Assembly: GCA_964539785.1 (NCBI GenBank)
Contig: CAZIJQ010000042.1
Location: 1 to 20,866, forward strand
From: an uncultured bacterium
GTDB taxonomy: Bacteria > Fidelibacterota > Marinisomatia > Marinisomatales > TCS56
Direction of reading: 5' to 3'
DNA length: 20,866 nt
Within the stretch, counting starts at the first letter, position 1, and the number at the start of each line of letters is the position of its first letter. The notes beneath the pieces are model-generated. The model ran no database searches. It saw nothing but the letters and a program-made list of their open reading frames with translations, and was not told the DNA's origin. Below, in pieces: positions 7,391 through 14,838 of this stretch. The position numbers were made by a program, and so were the translations under genes.

Positions 7391-8800
7391 TTAATTCGAA
7401 ATTGTTGTTTCTTGGGCACCTTTAACGATCCCAATACTGGCGCTGGCACCAATCCGGGTAGCCCCGGCTTCAACCATCTTGCGGGCATCGTCATACGATC
7501 TGATACCACCGGCGGCTTTCACGCCCAATCCCGCTCCTTGGACAACCCGGCTCATGAGAGCCACATCTTCGGCAGTAGCACCACCAGGACCAAAACCGGT
7601 GGACGTTTTAACATAATTAGCGCGAGCTTTTTTTGACAGCTCGCAAGCCCTAACTTTTTCGTCGTCGGTTAACAAAGCTGCTTCGATAATAACTTTACTG
7701 GTGGCGCTGCCGTCTTCGCAGGCCTCACAGACTGATCGGATATCCCGGTAAACTAAGTCATCTTTGCCACTTTTCAGAGCGCCGATATTGATCACCATAT
7801 CGATTTCTTTCGCACCATCGCGGATCGCCTGGCGGGTCTCCATGGCCTTGATCTCCGGTGAATGGGCTCCGGAAGGAAAGCCCACCACGGTGCAGACTTT
7901 CACATCGGAACCGTCCAGTTCTTTGGCTGCTAGCCTCACATAACTGGGACTAATACATACCGTGGCAAAATGGAAGTCCCGAGCTTCACCACAAAGCTTT
8001 TTGATATCGGCATCGGTGGCATCGGGCTTCAAAACGGTGTGATCAATGCAACGGGCAATATCCTCCGGAACGTTTTCGCAGCCGGTACCGTTGTGGTAGC
8101 CGACCCGCTCCACACCAAAATCCATGAATTTGCGTACGGCATCGGGCTGTTGGACCATCTGCTTGCCGCGGATATAATCGGCTTCCAGCGGCTGGGGTAC
8201 GCCAGTGGGCGACAGGGTGATTCCAGCTTTTGCCAAGATTTTCTCGACTTCATCGGTGATTCGTACCAGATCCGATTCGGAGATTCCGGTTTCAACAACC
8301 GAGACCGGTGGTGCCGATTGCGGCGCTGAAAATTCGATGTCAGGTTGCTGTTCGATATCAGTAATCATTTGTACCCGTCGCAAATGCCGCTCGGCGGTAC
8401 ATTCACTGGTAATAAAAGTTTCCACAATTTGTTGCGCCAGTGCGGCACCAATCAGTCCGGCACCCAGTGTCAGAACCCGGGCATCGTTGTGTTCGCGGGC
8501 GTTTTTGGCGGTTGATACATCATAGCACAGAGCTGCCCGAATGCCCAACACCTTGTTGGCGGTCATGGCGGAACCAATTCCGGCCCCATCTACCATTACA
8601 CCAAAATCGGCCTCACCAGCAGCGACTTTGCGGGCTACGGCCAGGGCGAACTCGGGATAATCCACAGCAGCGGTGCCATCGGTGCCACAGTCAATTATCG
8701 TACTACCACAACCGGAAAGAAATTCTTTCAATTGGTTTTTCAAGCCATATCCACCGTGATCGGCGCCAATGGCTATTTTCAAGTTTTTTATGTCTTTCAT
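7391..8800 (-). CDS. Fusion protein: RpiB/LacAB-family sugar-phosphate isomerase (aa 1-150) + deoxyribose-phosphate aldolase DeoC/DERA (aa ~230-469)
   Basis: N-terminal [14 protein letters not shown]...[30 protein letters not shown] aligns residue-by-residue with E. coli RpiB. C-terminal [13 protein letters not shown] and the Schiff-base lysine motif [14 protein letters not shown] are DERA signatures. The two are joined by a Pro-rich linker containing an amphipathic helix. Confidence 0.85.
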   Translation of the reverse strand: MKDIKNLKIAIGADHGGYGLKNQLKEFLSGCGSTIIDCGTDGTAAVDYPEFALAVARKVAAGEADFGVMVDGAGIGSAMTANKVLGIRAALCYDVSTAKNAREHNDARVLTLGAGLIGAALAQQIVETFITSECTAERHLRRVQMITDIEQQPDIEFSAPQSAPPVSVVETGISESDLVRITDEVEKILAKAGITLSPTGVPQPLEADYIRGKQMVQQPDAVRKFMDFGVERVGYHNGTGCENVPEDIARCIDHTVLKPDATDADIKKLCGEARDFHFATVCISPSYVRLAAKELDGSDVKVCTVVGFPSGAHSPEIKAMETRQAIRDGAKEIDMVINIGALKSGKDDLVYRDIRSVCEACEDGSATSKVIIEAALLTDDEKVRACELSKKARANYVKTSTGFGPGGATAEDVALMSRVVQGAGLGVKAAGGIRSYDDARKMVEAGATRIGASASIGIVKGAQETTISN

Positions 8801-8825
8801 GATATTTTCAAATTTTAGTTAGCCA

Positions 8826-9773
8826 TTAACCATTTAACAGCAATTTATTCGCGACAAATTCATCCGTAATAAGCGTATTGAAAAATTTACCCTGTAGTCC
8901 GGCGCGGATTGCTGCCAGCTTACGCTGACCACCAGCCACCGCGATTGATCGGGATTTTTTAGCCAGCTCTGTCAGATCTATTCCGATTGTACGCCGGTCC
9001 AGATCGGAAGAACAAATTTTCCCTTTACCATCGATAATCCGTGAACAAATATCGCCCACAGCCCCCCGTTTCAGCAAATCATTAACTTCATTATTTTCAA
9101 AATAATCTGCCCGTACCAGGACTGAATCCATGCCGAAAGAGCCAATGGTGAAAAAGGCTACCTGGGCCGAGCGGGCCAATTGTAGCGTTCGAGCAATATT
9201 TTTATCGGATACAATCGCTGCCTTAACTGCCGGGCTGTCAACGATGGCGGGTAATGGCAGCAGATAAGGAATGGCCCCGCATTTCTCACCAATGGTCTTG
9301 GCTATTTCACTGGCGTGGGTGTCATATTCGGCCCGTGATATACCGCCGTTCAGCTGTACTACCGTCATGTCCTTAAATTTTTTAGCCTGCACCTGGCCTG
9401 CCAAAGCCTGCATGGTGGTACCCCAGGATACACCAAGGGTCAGGCCATCTTCCAGCAGGTCATTCAGCAGTGATACCGCTGCCTGTCCCAGACGGCGCTG
9501 TACCAACCAGTAGTTACCGTCATCCGGAACGACAATGACTTGCTTGAGCTTGTATTTTTTTTGCAGCTGTGCTTCCAGACGCGTACCGGCAGCTTGGGGA
9601 TCTTTGATTTTTATACTGACAATGCCCTGCTGGCGGGCCGCCTGGAGCAGTCGCGAGACGCCGGGTCGGGAGACTGACATTTTGCGGGCAATATCCTGTT
9701 GGCTGAGCCCATGTTCATAATACAGCCGGGCAGCCTCCACCAACTGGGAAATTCGTTCTGAGTCAGTCAACAT
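8826..9773 (-). CDS. SorC/DeoR(Bacillus-type)/CggR family sugar-phosphate-responsive transcriptional regulator
   Basis: 315 aa. N-terminal HTH (LYYEHGLSQQDIARKMSVSRPGVSRLLQAARQQGIV) is followed by a SorC-type sugar-binding domain. It is the first gene of the BMC operon, 25 nt upstream of the RpiB-DERA gene. Confidence 0.85.
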   Translation of the reverse strand: MLTDSERISQLVEAARLYYEHGLSQQDIARKMSVSRPGVSRLLQAARQQGIVSIKIKDPQAAGTRLEAQLQKKYKLKQVIVVPDDGNYWLVQRRLGQAAVSLLNDLLEDGLTLGVSWGTTMQALAGQVQAKKFKDMTVVQLNGGISRAEYDTHASEIAKTIGEKCGAIPYLLPLPAIVDSPAVKAAIVSDKNIARTLQLARSAQVAFFTIGSFGMDSVLVRADYFENNEVNDLLKRGAVGDICSRIIDGKGKICSSDLDRRTIGIDLTELAKKSRSIAVAGGQRKLAAIRAGLQGKFFNTLITDEFVANKLLLNG

Positions 9774-9774
9774 A

Positions 9775-9815
9775 GTTTGAACATATGTTCATTGGGTAGT
9801 ATCATTTGTTCAAAC
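9775..9815. promoter_or_regulatory. Operator-like palindrome TGAACATATGTTCA (9778-9791) plus a third half-site TGTTCAAAC (9807-9815), immediately upstream of the SorC/DeoR start codon
   Basis: Perfect 14-bp palindrome beginning 5 nt upstream of the regulator ATG (9773, minus strand). The outer 9-mers gtttgaaca (9775-9783) and tgttcaaac (9807-9815) are exact inverted repeats. Confidence 0.4.
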
Positions 9816-9895
9816 CTACCGGATTATTTTGGGTTTTGCAAGGAAAATTTACACAGTCGTTTTTATCGATGGTAATTTGTGGTTATAACACTGTT

Positions 9896-9922
9896 GGCAT
9901 GGTTCGACAGGCTCACTATGAC
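9896..9922. repeat. Single copy of the same hairpin repeat unit in the leader region upstream of the SorC/DeoR gene
   Basis: ggcatgg-TTCGACAGGCTCA-ctatgac. Its reverse complement is gtcatag-TGAGCCTGTCGAA-ccatgcc. Same loop as the other copies; the stem has 5 Watson-Crick pairs plus 1 G-U. Confidence 0.65.
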
Positions 9923-10114
9923 ATCTCCCCTGTCATTCCGAAGGAAGGCATGCCTGCCGTAGATCCTGATTTATCAGGACGCAGGCAGGTACGACTGAGT
10001 AATCTACTTTGTCTGGAGTAAGTTCATTGTAGATTTCTCATCCCGATGTATCGGTATTCGAAATGACAAATATGGAAACTGTTAAAACGGTTAACGTGTA
10101 TTTACCGATGGTTA

Positions 10115-10141
10115 CCCACAACTGAAGTTGTGGGCTTTTTG
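10115..10141 (+). terminator. Canonical intrinsic terminator on the plus strand with no annotated plus-strand gene upstream
   Basis: cccacaac-TGAA-gttgtggg is a perfect 8-bp GC-rich stem with a 4-nt loop, followed by CTTTTTG. The reverse orientation has no U-tract. Confidence 0.6.
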
Positions 10142-10278
10142 CTCTGATCTGCAAATTGTACAATTGATTGTGTCAAATACATTTGGGACTGCACTTGAAT
10201 GATATCATCATGCCCATAGTTTTAACTGTGGGTCATTTAATTACTACACACCCCAACCATTTCAATGGTTTACTGCTG

Positions 10279-11622
10279 TTAAACCAAATTTTTGACCCGA
10301 TCCACCAGAGCCTGGGCTTGGGCCTGATCCGGGGCTTCAGCATAGATGCGCATGATCGGTTCAGTGTTGGATTTACGCAGATGAACCCAGCTGTCTTTCC
10401 AGGTGAACTTAACGCCATCGATTGTATTGACATCAGCCCGGGAAAATTCCCGCCGCACAGCAGCCAGGGATTGATCGACATCCACACCTTCCAGGCTGAC
10501 CTTATCTTTCACCATCACAAATTGCGGTAACGTTGCCACAATAGCACTTAGCGGTTTCATGGATTGTGCCATGCGATTCAGCACCATGGCGGCTCCCACC
10601 AGCGAATCGCGACACAGATGAGCGGCCATCAAAATGACACCGCCGTTGCCCTCACCGCCCAGTGGGGCATCCAGGGTTTGCATCAACTGAACCACATTAA
10701 TTTCACCTACGGCCGAGCGAACAACTTTGGTACCATATCGGTCAGCCAGCTTGTCTAATGCCATAGTGGTGGACAGATTCACTACAATTGGTTCAGGTTT
10801 ACCAGTGGTTTTCCAGTAGCCATCCACGGCCAGAACCAGAGTGTTTTCCTCACCCAGCGGCATCCCCTTTTCTGATACAATCGCTAAACGGTCCGCATCG
10901 GGATCCACTGCAAAACCGGCGTCGGATCCAGTTTGGGTCACGACATCACCCAAGTCCCGCAGATTTTCCGGTAGTGGCTCCGTACCCCGCAAAAATTTCC
11001 CAGATGGTTCGCAATACAGCGGTACCACTTCACAGTTCAGCGCCCTCAACATAGCTGGCAGAGCTTCGGCACCGGCGCCATTAACAGCATCGATGGCAAT
11101 TTTAAATTTTCGCTGTTTAATAGCCGCCACATCGATACAATCCAATGACAGAATGTGGTCTATGTGTTTTTCAATTGCGTCTTTCTGGGTAGTGCGCTGT
11201 CCGGCTTCTGCGATATGAATTGTATCGCAACCGGCATCTACATGATCGAACAATTGTCGACATTCGTCCGGCAGAAAAAAAGTGCCATCGACCCGGACAA
11301 ATTTCAAGCCGTTCCACTCGATAGGATTATGGCTGGCGGTCACAATGATTCCGCCTACTGCAGTGGATTGCTCGACAACAAACTGGACCGTGGGTGTTGG
11401 GACGATTCCGCAATCGACTACATCTCTCCCGAAGGCAGTTAATTCTTCGGCAATGGCGTTTGTGAGCGTTACGCCAGAAGGACGGCTGTCGCGCCCCAGC
11501 ACAATTTCGCCAAAAGGCAACATATCATTGACAGCACGAGCATAAACCTGGACAATGGCAGGTGTCAAGTGACTGGCGACCAATCCCCTAACACCGGAAA
11601 TACTGCGAATCAACATTGACAA
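10279..11622 (-). CDS. alpha-D-phosphohexomutase superfamily enzyme (PGM/PMM family); candidate phosphopentomutase, GlmM not excluded
   Basis: 447 aa. Phosphoserine loop GIIVTASHNP, metal-binding loop FAVDPDADR, sugar loop GEENTL and phosphate-binding RKSNTEP are all present. Immediately upstream of the SPU-type BMC operon. Confidence 0.8.
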   Translation of the reverse strand: MSMLIRSISGVRGLVASHLTPAIVQVYARAVNDMLPFGEIVLGRDSRPSGVTLTNAIAEELTAFGRDVVDCGIVPTPTVQFVVEQSTAVGGIIVTASHNPIEWNGLKFVRVDGTFFLPDECRQLFDHVDAGCDTIHIAEAGQRTTQKDAIEKHIDHILSLDCIDVAAIKQRKFKIAIDAVNGAGAEALPAMLRALNCEVVPLYCEPSGKFLRGTEPLPENLRDLGDVVTQTGSDAGFAVDPDADRLAIVSEKGMPLGEENTLVLAVDGYWKTTGKPEPIVVNLSTTMALDKLADRYGTKVVRSAVGEINVVQLMQTLDAPLGGEGNGGVILMAAHLCRDSLVGAAMVLNRMAQSMKPLSAIVATLPQFVMVKDKVSLEGVDVDQSLAAVRREFSRADVNTIDGVKFTWKDSWVHLRKSNTEPIMRIYAEAPDQAQAQALVDRVKNLV

Positions 11623-11671
11623 ATTCCTTTTTAAATGATAAAAAATGATTAGAAAATTAAAACACGGGCAT

Positions 11672-11712
11672 AAAAAAAGGTCCAGGAATTATCCCGGACC
11701 TTTTCTGCTTTT
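11672..11712 (-). terminator. Intrinsic terminator downstream of rpsU (bidirectional in appearance)
   Basis: aaaaaaa-ggtccagg-aattat-cccggacc-ttttctgctttt. On the minus strand the stem is followed by UUUUUUU. It lies 15 nt after the rpsU stop. Confidence 0.6.
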
Positions 11713-11726
11713 AACACAAATGTCGC

Positions 11727-11921
11727 TTATTTGTAATAGCGCGCCATTCGGGCAAGGCGGCGGGCGGTCTTTTTCCGCTTAGCGCGTTTTTCATCGCTGG
11801 GCTTAACATAGAACGATTTAGTCTTAAGCGTACGCAGCACGCCAGCGCGCTCCCACTTCTTTTTGAAGCGGCGCAAGGCCCGTTCTAGCGGTTCGTCTTT
11901 TCTGACCGTCACTTCCACCAT
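11727..11921 (-). CDS. rpsU: 30S ribosomal protein S21
   Basis: MVEVTVRKDEPLERALRRFKKK...ARRLARMARYYK is an S21 signature. The start at 11921 has a perfect AGGAGGTGA SD 6 nt upstream. The longer ORF-track start at 11978 lacks an SD and adds a non-conserved extension. Confidence 0.85.
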   Translation of the reverse strand: MVEVTVRKDEPLERALRRFKKKWERAGVLRTLKTKSFYVKPSDEKRAKRKKTARRLARMARYYK

Positions 11922-12209
11922 GAAATCACCTCCTTTAGTGGCGCTTAACCATAGATAGTATTGGTAAAACCGGCACAAGATCGAATAATAATATATTGTG
12001 CCCGTAAACAGCAGGCGAGTTTACGATAATAACAATAATTTCTCAACTTATGTTTTTATCATAGTAACGACCACAAAATAATACTATTAAGCGCGCACCC
12101 CGGTTGGGATAATATTTGTTTTTACCCCTAAATCCATCGAAATTAGCTTGTCGGGAAAGGCAGGGATAAAATAATTTAACCGTAAAGTTTCAATTTTAAG
12201 ATTGACAAA

Positions 12210-13019
12210 ATGAATAAATATCAAAACATAGCCCTCTGGCTTATTGCCATCGTAATTACGGTGTCTTCCGCTGTCTACCAGAAAACAACCGGTCCTACTT
12301 ACCCAATCAAAGGGGAGGTACAGATCAACGATACGACTATCAGCTATAAGCTTTTACGGTCTCATAATACTGGAATTGACGCCCGGATAATCATTCTGGT
12401 TGATAATGAAACTATTACCGGTACCTTTGATTTTCGACGATTTCGAAGTAACGATGACTGGACTACCAGCGTGATGGAACAGAACGAAGGATCCTTGGTT
12501 GTTACATTACCACACCAGCCCCCGGCCGGAAAAATCATGTACCGTCTCTATTTGATCGATGCTGATGGTATTCGCCATGAACTTCACCGGGAACCGGTTT
12601 TGATCCGATTCAAAGGAGCGGTTCCGGCTTATATCCTGATTCCACATATATTCTTCATGTTTTTTGCAATGTTGATTTCAAACAGGAGTGGTTTACAGGC
12701 TCTTGTTCGCGGCGAAAGTCTATACAAATATGCCCTTTGGACAGCGGGACTGTTACTGGCCGGTGGATTAATCTTGGGACCGGTTGTACAGAAATTTGCC
12801 TTTGGTGCTTTCTGGACCGGTTGGCCCTGGGGGCACGACTTGACAGATAACAAAACAATTGTCGCATTTTTGGCTTGGGGGTTTGCAATTTGGAAGAACC
12901 GGGGTAATAGACACAATCCTGGGTGGGTGCTGGCAGCCAGCATTATCCTGTTTATGGTTTACATGATTCCACACAGTGTTTTAGGTTCGGAACTGGATTT
13001 CACCGGCATGGAGCAGTAA
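12210..13019 (+). CDS. Hypothetical integral membrane protein (N-terminal TM anchor, ~130-aa extracytoplasmic domain, ~4 C-terminal TM helices)
   Basis: 269-aa ORF with hydrophobic segments (IALWLIAIVITVSSAVY; ILIPHIFFMFFAMLI; LWTAGLLLAGGLILGPVV; IVAFLAWGFAIW; VLAASIILFMVYMI). No recognisable motif. Confidence 0.5.
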   Translation: MNKYQNIALWLIAIVITVSSAVYQKTTGPTYPIKGEVQINDTTISYKLLRSHNTGIDARIIILVDNETITGTFDFRRFRSNDDWTTSVMEQNEGSLVVTLPHQPPAGKIMYRLYLIDADGIRHELHREPVLIRFKGAVPAYILIPHIFFMFFAMLISNRSGLQALVRGESLYKYALWTAGLLLAGGLILGPVVQKFAFGAFWTGWPWGHDLTDNKTIVAFLAWGFAIWKNRGNRHNPGWVLAASIILFMVYMIPHSVLGSELDFTGMEQ

Positions 13020-13032
13020 AGGACTTTTCAGT

Positions 13033-14838
13033 ATGACTTTCGAAATAGCCATAGTCCTGCTAATCATTGCAATTACGGTAGTTTTATTTGCTACTGAGCT
13101 GGTGCCAATTGAGATTGCTGCTTTGGTAAGTCTGGGGCTGTTACTTTTGACTGGTATATTGAAACCGGAAGAAGCTTTTTCCGGCTTCTCGAATACTGCT
13201 GTTATAACAATCGCTCTGCTGTTTGCTTTAAGTTATGCGCTACAGAAAACAGGGGTTTTAGAATATTTCGTTATCACGTTGAATAAACTGGCCAAGCGTT
13301 CCACCTGGCTGGGATTGTTTGTCTTTTTATTTTCAATCGCCATTCTATCAGCATTAATTAACAATACTGCCGTGGTGGCTATATTCATACCGATTGCTAT
13401 TCGAATGGCCCAGAAATATTCAATCAGCCCATCAAAAGTACTGATTCCACTCAGCTACGCCGCCATCATGGGCGGCACATTGACCCTGGTAGGTACATCC
13501 ACTAATCTGCTGGTAAACTCGATGATGGTTGAGTCTTCTATGGAATCAGCCCTGGGAATGTTCGAATTCACTCGTTACGGAATAATAATTCTGTTGGTTG
13601 GCATGACTTACATTGCCGTGGTCGGTTATCGAATGCTACCGTCACGCACCGTCACAAGTAGTCTCACTCAGAATTACAATATGGGTGATTACTTAACTGA
13701 GATAAAAATTTCAGAGGACTCTAGCCTGGCCGGTAAATCCTGCCTGGAGCGGGGAATAAGCCAAAATTATGATGTTGTTGTGCTGGACATCCTGCGCGAC
13801 AATGTACGATTATCTACTCAAATCAGGGATGCGATTCTGCAACCCAACGATATTCTATTTGTCCGGGGATCAGTCGAGAATCTGCTACGGTTGAAAAAAA
13901 TCGAGAAGGTAACGTTGCTGACCGATGAAAAATTGACTCATCCTGAATTGACGCAAAAAGACAATGTGTTGGTGGAATGTCTCATGACCGATCAATCCGA
14001 ATTGGTGGGACGCAGTGTCATGGAATCCAATTTTCGCCGGCATTTTGGGGCATTTGTGCTGGCAATTCGCCGGGAAGGAACAATTTTACGCAGTAAAGTC
14101 GCTCATATTATTTTAAAGGCTTATGATACTCTGTTGGTTTACGGTCCGCGGGAAAAAATCCAGGAAATGGCCGCCACCGGCGACTTCATAGTATTGCAGG
14201 AAATCGCCACCAAGCTCAAGCGTCATCGTTTCTGGTGGTTGAGCATTTTAGTCCTGCTGGCAGCTGTAATAATTGCTGCACTGGGAATATCACCAATAAT
14301 AAAAAATAGTTTACTGGCTGTCATTATTTTATTGGTTGTCAAAGTGATGACACCCAGTGAAGTTTATCATTCAATTCACTGGCCGGTGATAGTATTGATT
14401 GCAGCGTTGATTCCTTTGGGACTGGCCATTCAAACTAGCGGAACTGCCGATTGGATCGGTGGTAATATTTTCAATCTCGTGGCCAATGCGCCCGATTCAA
14501 TTAAGGGCTATATCCTACTTGCGATTTTATACCTGATTACCGCCATATTAACCGAAGTTTCGTCGAACGCGGCAGCCGCAATAATTATGGTACCAATCGC
14601 AATCAACGCAGCTGCTCAATTGGGCTTAATGCCGCGGCCGTTTATTTTTGCTATTTGCTTTGCCGCCTCGGCCTCATTCGCTACTCCGGTAGGCTATCAA
14701 ACCAACTTAATGGTTTATGGCCCCGGAGGCTACAAATTCACTGATTATATGAAGGTTGGAATCCCCCTGGCATTAATTTTATGGGTCACGGCAATTTTTA
14801 TGATTCCAGTCTTATGGCCGTTTACAGCCGTTCATTAA
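13033..14838 (+). CDS. SLC13/DASS-superfamily anion permease with two central TrkA-C (RCK_C) domains
   Basis: 601 aa. ~6 TM helices, then two ~80-aa soluble repeats (DYLTEIKISEDSSLAGKSCLE... and VGRSVMESNFRRHFGAFVLAIRREG...) typical of TrkA-C, then ~6 more TM helices. This is the architecture of CitT/YbiR/ArsB-like permeases. Confidence 0.8.
   Translation: MTFEIAIVLLIIAITVVLFATELVPIEIAALVSLGLLLLTGILKPEEAFSGFSNTAVITIALLFALSYALQKTGVLEYFVITLNKLAKRSTWLGLFVFLFSIAILSALINNTAVVAIFIPIAIRMAQKYSISPSKVLIPLSYAAIMGGTLTLVGTSTNLLVNSMMVESSMESALGMFEFTRYGIIILLVGMTYIAVVGYRMLPSRTVTSSLTQNYNMGDYLTEIKISEDSSLAGKSCLERGISQNYDVVVLDILRDNVRLSTQIRDAILQPNDILFVRGSVENLLRLKKIEKVTLLTDEKLTHPELTQKDNVLVECLMTDQSELVGRSVMESNFRRHFGAFVLAIRREGTILRSKVAHIILKAYDTLLVYGPREKIQEMAATGDFIVLQEIATKLKRHRFWWLSILVLLAAVIIAALGISPIIKNSLLAVIILLVVKVMTPSEVYHSIHWPVIVLIAALIPLGLAIQTSGTADWIGGNIFNLVANAPDSIKGYILLAILYLITAILTEVSSNAAAAIIMVPIAINAAAQLGLMPRPFIFAICFAASASFATPVGYQTNLMVYGPGGYKFTDYMKVGIPLALILWVTAIFMIPVLWPFTAVH

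Noticed and set aside
9553-9562. T8/A8 homopolymers (9555-9562 in the regulator gene; T7 at 5544-5550 in the dehydrogenase gene) as phase-variation sites
   Set aside because: They are short, encode Lys-Lys or Lys-Asn in frame, and give no evidence of contingency function. Reading frames are intact.
9806-10021. 71-aa ORF 9806-10021(+)
   Set aside because: It spans repeat unit C and two palindromic hairpins. It has no RBS and a protein-unlike sequence, so it is more consistent with non-coding structured RNA/DNA.
10063-10125. 17-20-codon ORF ending in the terminator loop as a transcription-attenuation leader peptide
   Set aside because: No plus-strand structural gene follows the terminator (the next gene is on the minus strand). 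There is no SD, and no run of regulatory codons.
10168-10530. 120-aa ORF 10168-10530(+) and the other plus-strand ORFs over the mutase gene (to 11545)
   Set aside because: They overlap the strongly supported 447-aa phosphohexomutase gene on the opposite strand and have no motifs.
11922-11978. Longer start (11978) for rpsU
   Set aside because: The start at 11921 has a perfect AGGAGGTGA SD and matches where S21 conservation begins. The 19-aa extension (MCRFYQYYLWLSATKGGDF) is not S21-like.
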